64,000 bases of DNA from a bacterium OM1 bin76. Lineage in GTDB: Bacteria > Actinomycetota > Acidimicrobiia > Spongiisociales > ZC4RG35. Shown here piece after piece: positions 18,868 to 27,279 of this stretch; position 1 is the stretch's first letter; the number at the start of each line of letters is the position of its first letter. The DNA lies in the NCBI GenBank assembly GCA_002238785.1, contig MPNA01000003.1, positions 121,038 through 185,037 of the forward strand, written 5' to 3'. The translations under genes were made by a program, and so were the position numbers. The notes beneath the pieces are model-generated. The model did no database searches and had not been told where the DNA came from. It worked only from the letters and a program-made list of their open reading frames with translations.

Positions 18868-20232
18868 ATGCTCTCATCCAGGACACTCCTGCTCCGCAAC
18901 GCAGACCGATTGGTGACCATGGATGACGACGGCGCCGAGATAGAGGGCGGAGCACTCTTGGCCCGGGATGGGTGGATAGAACAGGTGGGGCCCACCTGCG
19001 ACCTCCCCGACACCGCCGATGAGGTGATCGACTGTGGCGGGCTGGTAGTGATTCCCGGTCTGGTGAACACCCACCACCACTTCTTCCAGACCCTCACCCG
19101 AGCCATGGCCCAGGACGCCGAACTGTTCGACTGGCTGGTGGAGTTATACCCCGTGTGGTCCAATCTGACACCCGAGCACGTCCGGGTCTCCACTGTCACC
19201 GCCCTGTCGGAGTTGGCCCTGTCGGGATGCACCACCGCCTTTGATCACCATTATTTCTGGCCCAACGGTTCGAAGTTTGAAGATCAGGTCCAGGCAGGTC
19301 GGAAGGTGGGCATCCGGTTCCACGTTTCCCGCGGCTCGATGAGCGTGGGGCGCTCCCAAGGGGGTCTTCCCCCTGATGAGTGGGTCGAAGACGAGGACGC
19401 GATTCTGGCCGATTGCACTCGGGTGGTCTCCCGGTATCACGACCCTTCACCCGGAGCGATGGTCCAGGTGGTGATCTCCCCCTGTTCGCCTTTCACAGTG
19501 AGCCCCGATCTGATGAGGCAATCCGCCGCCCTGGCTCGTTCACTGGGGGTGCGACTCCACACTCATCTGGCGGAGACGCTTGACGAAGAGGACTATTGCC
19601 AGGAGTTGTTCGGGATGCGACCTATGCAGTATGCCGAGACAGTGGATTGGATGGGTCCCGATGTCTGGTTTGCCCACGCCGTCCACGTTTCGGAGCGGGA
19701 CATCGCGGTCATGGCCGCCACCAAGACAGGGGTCGGCCACTGTCCGACCTCGAACATGCGACTCGCATCCGGCGCCGCTCCGCTGATGCGCTACCTGGAG
19801 ACCGGCGTACCGGTGGGCCTGGGAGTGGACGGATCGGCGTCCAACGACTCCTCACACATGTTGGCGGAAGCCCGCCAGGCACTGCTTGCTGCCCGCTTGG
19901 CACGTGCCTTGGAGGGCTCGAAGGCGCCCATGCTGACTGCCCGGCAGGCGTTGAGAGTTGCCACCAGGGGAGGCGCCGAGGTGCTGGGCAGAACCGACAT
20001 CGGGTCTATTGAGGCAGGGAAGGCTGCCGACATCGCCTGTTTTCGCACCGATGGCCTGCCAATGGCAGGGGCCTACGATCCGGTGGCTGCCCTGGTGTTG
20101 TCCGGCCCCTACCGTGCCAATCGGCTGATCGTCCACGGCCGGAACGTGGTGGTGGACGGACAACTGGTCGGGTTGGACCTGGAGCCACACCTAGAAGACC
20201 ACCGTCGACTCTCCCGGCTATTGGTTAGCTGA
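18868..20232 (+). CDS. Amidohydrolase, 8-oxoguanine deaminase-like
   Basis: PGLVNTHHHFFQTLTR, HTHLAET, HCPTSNMRLASG, GLGVDGSASND. Confidence 0.88.
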   Translation: MLSSRTLLLRNADRLVTMDDDGAEIEGGALLARDGWIEQVGPTCDLPDTADEVIDCGGLVVIPGLVNTHHHFFQTLTRAMAQDAELFDWLVELYPVWSNLTPEHVRVSTVTALSELALSGCTTAFDHHYFWPNGSKFEDQVQAGRKVGIRFHVSRGSMSVGRSQGGLPPDEWVEDEDAILADCTRVVSRYHDPSPGAMVQVVISPCSPFTVSPDLMRQSAALARSLGVRLHTHLAETLDEEDYCQELFGMRPMQYAETVDWMGPDVWFAHAVHVSERDIAVMAATKTGVGHCPTSNMRLASGAAPLMRYLETGVPVGLGVDGSASNDSSHMLAEARQALLAARLARALEGSKAPMLTARQALRVATRGGAEVLGRTDIGSIEAGKAADIACFRTDGLPMAGAYDPVAALVLSGPYRANRLIVHGRNVVVDGQLVGLDLEPHLEDHRRLSRLLVS

Positions 20233-20312
20233 AGCCAAGGGCATTTCCTGCGCAGGGCTGTCACAGTGGCGCCTCCTCCCTGGCAGCCGGTTCGTCTCCA
20301 TTAGTCCAACCT

Positions 20313-22910
20313 CTATACGGCCCGCGCCCGGCGGAGATGCCACCTTTCCCACAGCGCCAGCATGGAGGGCAACACCAGTATCGCTGCCACCAGGGACAAT
20401 CCGACCGCGTAAACCGTGACCTGACCCATCTGTTGAAAGGGCGTCAGCCTCGACGTGATAAGGATCCCGAATCCGGCCATGGTCGTGAATGCGGATCCTG
20501 CCAACGCCCCGCCCGTGTGGCGAGACGTGGAGCGCAGAGCGTCATTGAGTTGCTCAAAGCGGGTCCGATCCTCTCCGAACCGGCGGGCGATGTGGATGGT
20601 GTAGGGCACCCCTATCCCGATCGACAGGGCGGACAGGGTGGCGGTCACCGGTCCGATCGGTATGCCGGTGGCGTACATCAAGCCATAGGTCCAGAACACC
20701 ACCAGCGCCACGGGGATCATGGTGATGACACCTATGAGCGGGCGGCGATTCTCGAACCAGAAGCTGATCATCAACACCAGGGTGGCGACGACCAGGGTAA
20801 AGAGGAGCGACCTCGTCTGTGAGTCCGCCAACTCCACAATGATCAGGTTCGTGATTATCTCCGTGGAGGTCGCTATCACACTGATCCCCAAGTCTGAGAG
20901 TTCCGAGAAGTTCTCCAAGAGGTCCCGCCTCAATTGCAGGGCTTCAGTCTCTCCCGCTTGGGTGCTGATGTCAAAGAGCAAAGCATCGTATCCCGACCCA
21001 CTCTGGTGTAGAACTCTCCCTGCCTGTTGCGGCGCCGCCACCAGCATGGTGTCCCACAGCGCAGTGACGTCAGAGTCGGGGACAGCTCGCAGATCCACGT
21101 CCAGAGAGGCGGCTTGAGCGGCAGAGACGACAGCCTGGTTGGGAGGACCCTGGGGGCCGCCCCTGGTGAGAGAGTTGAGCACTGAGATCGGAGAGGTGGA
21201 TGAGGGGGTCTTCCCGAACGGTGTCTCGAAGACCACTATGTTCCCAACTTCCGCCAATCCCCTGTTGGCCGAGACCAGAGCGTTGTGAACCTGGGGAGAG
21301 GAAAGGTCCTCTCCTTCGATCAGGACCTGGGTGGATTCGCCCAGGCCACCACCGAATTCCTCCTGCAGGATATTCACCGCCCGGACTCCGGGGGCATCGC
21401 TGGGCAGGAAGTCGGTGAACGAGAACCTCACCTCCAACTGGCTCAATCCCCACACTCCCATGCCTCCCAAGACCAGGGCCACCAGCACCACAAGAAACGG
21501 GACCTTCTCCGCCAACACCGAAGAACTGGCTATCAGGCGGGGAAGCAGGCGGTTCGAGGAGGTCTTCATTCCCGTCACCGGCAGAGGTCGCTTGGACTCG
21601 AGTTGGCGGTCCACTCTCCTGGCCATGATCAGTACGCGCAGCAAGCCCCAGGACAGCCTGCCTTCTCTTTCCGTTCTCCGGTCCAAGATTCTCCTGGCCG
21701 CCGGAAAGAACGTGAGCGTCAGGATGAAGGAGACAGCTATTCCGATTGCCGCCAGAATGCCGAAGTCCTTGAGGGCCGGCACCGGGCTCAGAACGTTGGT
21801 GAGAAAACCGATGGCGGTGGTTACCGTGGCCAACGCCAGGGCTATTCCCACGGTGCCTATGGCGGTGCGGACCGCGCCGTCCACATCCTGACCTCGGCCT
21901 ATCTCCTCGCGATAGCGGGATGTGACATGGATCCCGTAGTCCACTCCCAGCCCGATCAGGAGGATGGGAATGATCTGGGTTATGTTGTTGAACGATGCGA
22001 TGACTCCGGCTCGCACCAACAACACCCCGATGCCCTGCATGAAAGTGATGGCGGCGAAGATGGTGAAGAGCGTCAGGAGTGTGTCGGCCAGGGTCCGGCG
22101 CCCCGACTGGATCAAGGCGCCCTTGCCGGCCGGTTTGAGCCAGTAGACGAAACACAGGATGACCAAAATGATCAGGGCGGCCATTCCGAAGAGGCGCCCG
22201 ATCTCGCTGCTGCCGTCTCCGGAGTCTTCGAACAGCAGGTTGAAGCTGAACGGGATAACCTCAAGCCCATCTGGGGTCGGTATGGCGCGCAGGGCCTCCG
22301 CCACCTCCAGGTCGTTGTCGATGGCCTCATCAAGTGCCTCTTCTCCCTCCACGGCCGGCGGCGTGGTGAACACCAGCACCAAGCCCGCCTGGGCCGTGGC
22401 CGAGGACGCGTTGCCGTCCTGGCTGATCAAAGAGGTGAACTGTGGGTTGGCGCCCGGTCCCGCCGTCGCCTCGATGTAGAGGTTCTTCACGTCTTCATCG
22501 CTGGCTACCGGAGTGCCCCTTTGGGCTGCCAGGGAGATGGCCGGGTCGAGATAGCTGAACGATGCTCCCCGTCCCGGAACAGAGGAGAGATTGTCAGACA
22601 GGGTTTCGCTCCCCAGGACGGAGTTGATAGCAGTTACCGTCTCAAAGGCCTCCTTGGTGAAGACGTCTCCTCCTTCATTGCGGACGATGACTTGCAGGAT
22701 GCCTTCCTGGGAATCCTGACCGAACAAGTCCCTGATCCTGTCGGCGGCCAGCAATTCGGCGTTGTCGGGCGAAAGGCCTTCGTTGCCCTGGCCTATCTCG
22801 ACCTGGGTTGACAGTGATCCGAAGACTCCGAAAAGGACCAGTGTGGTTATCACCACCGCCCAGGGCGCTTTGGAAACCAAGGAGGCAAAGGCTTTGACGA
22901 AGGCTCTCAT
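20313..22910 (-). CDS. MMPL/RND-superfamily transporter
   Basis: Two repeats of 1 TM + extracytoplasmic domain + ~5 TM; GLGVDYGIH and GIGVPYTIH motifs. Confidence 0.9.
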   Translation of the reverse strand: MRAFVKAFASLVSKAPWAVVITTLVLFGVFGSLSTQVEIGQGNEGLSPDNAELLAADRIRDLFGQDSQEGILQVIVRNEGGDVFTKEAFETVTAINSVLGSETLSDNLSSVPGRGASFSYLDPAISLAAQRGTPVASDEDVKNLYIEATAGPGANPQFTSLISQDGNASSATAQAGLVLVFTTPPAVEGEEALDEAIDNDLEVAEALRAIPTPDGLEVIPFSFNLLFEDSGDGSSEIGRLFGMAALIILVILCFVYWLKPAGKGALIQSGRRTLADTLLTLFTIFAAITFMQGIGVLLVRAGVIASFNNITQIIPILLIGLGVDYGIHVTSRYREEIGRGQDVDGAVRTAIGTVGIALALATVTTAIGFLTNVLSPVPALKDFGILAAIGIAVSFILTLTFFPAARRILDRRTEREGRLSWGLLRVLIMARRVDRQLESKRPLPVTGMKTSSNRLLPRLIASSSVLAEKVPFLVVLVALVLGGMGVWGLSQLEVRFSFTDFLPSDAPGVRAVNILQEEFGGGLGESTQVLIEGEDLSSPQVHNALVSANRGLAEVGNIVVFETPFGKTPSSTSPISVLNSLTRGGPQGPPNQAVVSAAQAASLDVDLRAVPDSDVTALWDTMLVAAPQQAGRVLHQSGSGYDALLFDISTQAGETEALQLRRDLLENFSELSDLGISVIATSTEIITNLIIVELADSQTRSLLFTLVVATLVLMISFWFENRRPLIGVITMIPVALVVFWTYGLMYATGIPIGPVTATLSALSIGIGVPYTIHIARRFGEDRTRFEQLNDALRSTSRHTGGALAGSAFTTMAGFGILITSRLTPFQQMGQVTVYAVGLSLVAAILVLPSMLALWERWHLRRARAV

Positions 22911-23159
22911 CGGATCTCACTCCTTCCGGCCACCATTGCCGGGTACATGGTGGCTCGCTTACCGAGCCTATGGTGATTTCGGTTTAATACTGAATTGGAT
23001 TAGTTACACCTTGGTGGACATGAAGGTTCTTTACCTTCGGCGCTCGGGGGTGATATCCTAAGGGGATAATTTGAGCAACCGAATTCAGACCACAGACATT
23101 TCACGCGTTGCGGTGCTCAGCCTTTTTGCTTCCAGTTTCAATCCGATGGGGGAGGTGGA

Positions 23160-24395
23160 ATGGCCGCGACAGTGACTGCCACGCTCGCCAGCCAAAGGCA
23201 GTTGTTCGAAGGCGTTTTCGAAGACGAACCGGTATTCGATGTTCATCCTGAGATCGAGGGTCCCCAGGACGTGGCGTCGGTTCAAGACGGTTCGCCGGAG
23301 CAGGTTGACAGCGATGCCAACACGGCGAAGTACAACGAGAACGGGTATGTGGAGGTTGAGCCGGCTAAGTTCGTGGATTCCTACAAACCTCCGGCTATTG
23401 ACGGGGATTTCCGGGACAAGCACATAGTCACGGTTGAACAATTCGCTCGGGATGATCTGAGAGTTCTCTTCGAGGTGGCTTCCACCCTGAAGAAGCGGAT
23501 CCGGTCCGGGGACAGGGGGGTTGTGGAGATCGCCACCGGGCAGGTGTTGGCACTGCTCTTCTTCGAGTCCAGCACCCGGACAGACATGTCATTCCAGGCT
23601 GCGATGCTCCGGTTGGGTGGCAAAGTCATCGGAGCCTCCAATGGCATCCAGTTTTCTTCCGTCTACAAGGGCGAGGACCTTCCCGACACTGTCAGAGCGG
23701 CGGGATGCTACGCGGACGTAATCGCCCTGCGGCACCCCCGAGTGGGGGCATCCTATCTCGCAGCCCACTATCTGGACTTGCTGGCCGAAAAGATCGGTCG
23801 TCGGTCCGTGGTGTTAAGCGCTGGCGATGGAGTGGGGGAACACCCCACTCAGGCTCTGCTGGACCTGTTTACGATCTTGGAATCCAAGGGAACGGTCGAT
23901 GGGTTGGCCATCACCATGGTCGGGGACCTAAAACACGGTCGCACGGTCCATTCGCTGGCCAAACTGCTGGCTACCTACGGAGCTTGCGGGACCGAGGTGA
24001 ACTTCGTGTCGCCTGTCTCGCTGAAGATGCCGACCGCCATTGTCCAACGATTGCATGAAGCGAACATATCCGTGCAGGAGACCGAGGATCTTGATGAAGT
24101 AGTGGGTTCCTCCGACGTTATCTATTGGACCAGGGTGCAGGAGGAACGGTTCGACGAACGGGCCGAGTACGACCAGGTCAAGGAAGGTTTCATAATGACT
24201 CCCAGCGTGATGCGAAGAGCCCGTGGGGAAGCCATTCTGATGCATCCCCTGCCCCGCAAGCATGAGATGGGAGGACCCAGAGATCACGATCTGCTGGATG
24301 CCGACCCTCGCTCGGTCTATTTTCAGCAGATGGAAAACGGGATGCTGGTGCGGATGGCGTTGCTGGCCAAGATCCTCAAAGGGGTCCACATTTAG
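23160..24395 (+). CDS. pyrB: Aspartate carbamoyltransferase catalytic subunit with an acidic N-terminal extension
   Basis: FFESSTRT, SSVYKGE, HPTQALLD, GDLKHGRTVHS, TRVQEER, MHPLPR; GGAGG RBS. Confidence 0.92.
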   Translation: MAATVTATLASQRQLFEGVFEDEPVFDVHPEIEGPQDVASVQDGSPEQVDSDANTAKYNENGYVEVEPAKFVDSYKPPAIDGDFRDKHIVTVEQFARDDLRVLFEVASTLKKRIRSGDRGVVEIATGQVLALLFFESSTRTDMSFQAAMLRLGGKVIGASNGIQFSSVYKGEDLPDTVRAAGCYADVIALRHPRVGASYLAAHYLDLLAEKIGRRSVVLSAGDGVGEHPTQALLDLFTILESKGTVDGLAITMVGDLKHGRTVHSLAKLLATYGACGTEVNFVSPVSLKMPTAIVQRLHEANISVQETEDLDEVVGSSDVIYWTRVQEERFDERAEYDQVKEGFIMTPSVMRRARGEAILMHPLPRKHEMGGPRDHDLLDADPRSVYFQQMENGMLVRMALLAKILKGVHI

Positions 24396-24472
24396 AGCCG
24401 CACTGAGGAGGAGCGGTCCGGGCCGACGTCGCCATCCGGCGGCTTGGGGCCGGATGGGGAGCAGGAGATAAC

Positions 24473-25672
24473 ATGGGAACGGTGGTGACTGAGTTTCTCC
24501 TACCCGACATCGGCGACGGGCTGACCGAGGCGGAAGTGGTGCGATGGTTGGTGCCTGAAGGTGCCCAGGTGGACCGCGACGAGCCTCTGGTTGAGGTGGA
24601 GACCGACAAGGCAGTGGTGGTCATACCGTCCCCGGTGGCTGGGATCGTCCTCCGGCATGGGGCCGGACAGGGCGAGACCATGTCGGTGGGGACGGTGCTG
24701 GCTGTCATTGCACCACCTGGTGGGGGAAACACGCATCCTTCCCCGCCCGGAAGGCCGGGGGCCGCAGAGCCTCGCCCGACTCACGGCCCGCCGGCATCGG
24801 AGACCCGGGAGCCCACGGTGGAGGTCAAGGCCTTGCCGGTGGTCCGTCGCCTTGCTCGGCAAAGGGGGGTGGATTTGACGACGGTCACCGGTTCCGGCCC
24901 TGGGGGTCGGATTACCCGCCACGATGTGTTGGCTGCCGCCCAGGCCGCCGCGCCGCCGACCGCCCCCAGGAAACCGGAGTCCCTGCCGGATGAGGACCCC
25001 CGACGCCGCCCCCTCACCAAACTGCAGAGGACCGTCGCCGCCAACATGACCCGGTCTTGGTCTGAGATTCCCCATGTGACCACCTTCGACGAGGTGGATG
25101 CGACCCGCTTGCTGGGGGTGCGGAGGGCTCTGGCGGAGCGACACGGCGCAACCATCCAGGTTGATGCCCTGGTAATCGCCGCGATCATCCCCGCTCTACG
25201 CCGCTATCCAGAGTTCAACGCCACCCTGGAGGGAGATTCGCTGGTGGTTCACGCCGCCTGCCACATGGGGGTGGCGATCAACGCCGCAGATGGCCTGTTG
25301 GTTGGGGTAGTCCGATCCGCCGAGGAGATGTCGATCATGCAATTGGCAGAGGCCACTGCAAGGCTGGCGGAACAGGGAAAGACCCGCCGACTCGGTGTGG
25401 GTGAACTCACCGGACAGACCTTCACCGTCAGCAATATCGGCGCCTTGGGAGGTGGCTTGGGGACTCCCATAATCCCCCCGGACAACACTGCCATACTGGC
25501 GGTGGGGAGGGTTGCCGACAGGCCCGTGGTGGAGGGTGGTGAGGTGGTGGTGAGGCCGCTGATGCCTCTGTCCCTTTCCTTTGATCACCGAGTCATCGAT
25601 GGGGCGCTTAGCCGTCTCTTCATGGACATGGTGATCGAGAATCTTTCTGAACCGGCCCTTTTTCTAGCCTGA
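24473..25672 (+). CDS. 2-oxoacid dehydrogenase complex E2 (dihydrolipoamide acyltransferase)
   Basis: Lipoyl domain (EVETDKA), E3-binding domain (P.VRRLA...GSGPGGRI), catalytic FDHRVIDG. Confidence 0.93.
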   Translation: MGTVVTEFLLPDIGDGLTEAEVVRWLVPEGAQVDRDEPLVEVETDKAVVVIPSPVAGIVLRHGAGQGETMSVGTVLAVIAPPGGGNTHPSPPGRPGAAEPRPTHGPPASETREPTVEVKALPVVRRLARQRGVDLTTVTGSGPGGRITRHDVLAAAQAAAPPTAPRKPESLPDEDPRRRPLTKLQRTVAANMTRSWSEIPHVTTFDEVDATRLLGVRRALAERHGATIQVDALVIAAIIPALRRYPEFNATLEGDSLVVHAACHMGVAINAADGLLVGVVRSAEEMSIMQLAEATARLAEQGKTRRLGVGELTGQTFTVSNIGALGGGLGTPIIPPDNTAILAVGRVADRPVVEGGEVVVRPLMPLSLSFDHRVIDGALSRLFMDMVIENLSEPALFLA

Positions 25673-25679
25673 GGAGATC

Positions 25680-27260
25680 ATGACCAAATACGACATCACC
25701 GGACCCGCTACTCCCCACTCCGCCGACGTTCTCACCAAGGAAGCAGCCTCCCTTCTTGCCGACGTACATCACGAATTCAATGAGCGCCGTCGGCAATTGC
25801 TCTCCCTCAGAGAAGAACGCCAAGCGGAATTCGACCACGGGGTTCGTCCCGACTTTCTGCCCGAGACCCGTTCTGTCCGGGAAGGGGAGTGGATGGTGGA
25901 TCCGGTCCCGTCCGCATTGGCGGACCGAAGGGTCGAAATAACCGGGCCGGTGGACGCCAAGATGGTGATCAACGCCCTCAATTCCGGCGCCAAGATGTTC
26001 ATGGCCGATTTCGAGGACGCCACTTCTCCTACCTGGGAAAACCTGGTGGAGGGTCAGTACAACCTGCTGGAGGCCCAACTAGGAACGTTGCAGCTTGAAA
26101 CGCCCCGCAAGTCCTACCGGTTGGGAGAGGAGACAGCCACTCTCCTGGTCAGGCCCAGGGGTTGGCACCTTCCTGAAAAGCACTTCTTGGTGGATGGCCG
26201 GCCGGTATCCGGGGCACTGTTCGATTTCACCCTCTATATGTGCCACGGCGGCAGGTCCTCCCTGGAGATGGGCAGCGGTCCCTTCTTCTACCTTCCCAAA
26301 CTCGAGTCCCATCTCGAGGCTCGCCTGTGGAACGACGTGATCTGCTATGTGTCGGATCGATTGGGGATTCCACTCGGCACGGTCAAGGCCACCGTGCTGA
26401 TCGAGACCATTACGGCTGCCTTCGAGATGGAAGAGATTCTCTATGAATTGCGGAATCATTCTTCGGGCCTGAACGCCGGTCGGTGGGACTACATCTTCAG
26501 CTTCATCAAGAAATTCCGCAACCATGCCCAGTACGTGTTGCCGGACCGGTCCCAGGTCGGCATGACCGCGCCGTTCATGCATGCCTACACCGAATTGGGG
26601 GTGGCCACCTGCCACCGCCGCGGCGCTCATGCGATGGGTGGCATGGCAGCCTTCATACCCAACCGGCGCGATCCCGAGGTGACCGAGCGAGCCCTGGCCG
26701 CGGTGGCGGCAGACAAGCGCCGGGAAGCCGAGGCCGGTTGCGACGGGACCTGGGTCGCCCATCCCGACCTGATCCCGGTTGCGATGTCCGAATTCGATCG
26801 GATCCTGGGGGGCCGTCCCAATCAGATCGGCCGACAGCGAGACGATGTGGCGGTGACGGCGGAGGATCTGCTGAACCCCGAAATCGAAGGCGGCGCCATA
26901 ACCGAGGGTGGGGTCAGGACCAACGTCTCGGTCGGGATTCGCTACATGGCCTCATGGCTGTCCGGGACAGGCGCCGCCGCCATCGACAATCTGATGGAAG
27001 ACGCGGCCACCGCGGAGATCTCTCGTTCCCAGATCTGGCAGTGGGTGCGGCACGGGGCTCGCCTCGACAACGGAATGCCGGTAACCGCGCCGATGGTGGA
27101 GAAGATAGCCGCCGAGGAGTTGTCCCGGATCCGGGAGGCGGTCGGGGAGGACATGTACCGGACGGGCCGTTTCCAGAGGGCCTGCGAGATCTTCTCCGAG
27201 GTGGCCCTCGAGGATGAATTCGTGGAGTTCTTGACCCTTCCGGCCTATCGCGATCTGTAG
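25680..27260 (+). CDS. aceB: Malate synthase A
   Basis: DRRVEITGP, MADFED, VRPRGWHL, YLPKLESHLEARLWN, LNAGRWDYIFS, LMEDAATAEISR. Confidence 0.96.
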   Translation: MTKYDITGPATPHSADVLTKEAASLLADVHHEFNERRRQLLSLREERQAEFDHGVRPDFLPETRSVREGEWMVDPVPSALADRRVEITGPVDAKMVINALNSGAKMFMADFEDATSPTWENLVEGQYNLLEAQLGTLQLETPRKSYRLGEETATLLVRPRGWHLPEKHFLVDGRPVSGALFDFTLYMCHGGRSSLEMGSGPFFYLPKLESHLEARLWNDVICYVSDRLGIPLGTVKATVLIETITAAFEMEEILYELRNHSSGLNAGRWDYIFSFIKKFRNHAQYVLPDRSQVGMTAPFMHAYTELGVATCHRRGAHAMGGMAAFIPNRRDPEVTERALAAVAADKRREAEAGCDGTWVAHPDLIPVAMSEFDRILGGRPNQIGRQRDDVAVTAEDLLNPEIEGGAITEGGVRTNVSVGIRYMASWLSGTGAAAIDNLMEDAATAEISRSQIWQWVRHGARLDNGMPVTAPMVEKIAAEELSRIREAVGEDMYRTGRFQRACEIFSEVALEDEFVEFLTLPAYRDL

Positions 27261-27279
27261 ATCTACATAGGATTCTGAC

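Noticed and set aside
23160-24395. PyrB homologue as a non-aspartate carbamoyltransferase
   Set aside because: Aspartate-specific motifs (SS..KGE, GRTVHS, TRVQ.ER, HPLP) are all present
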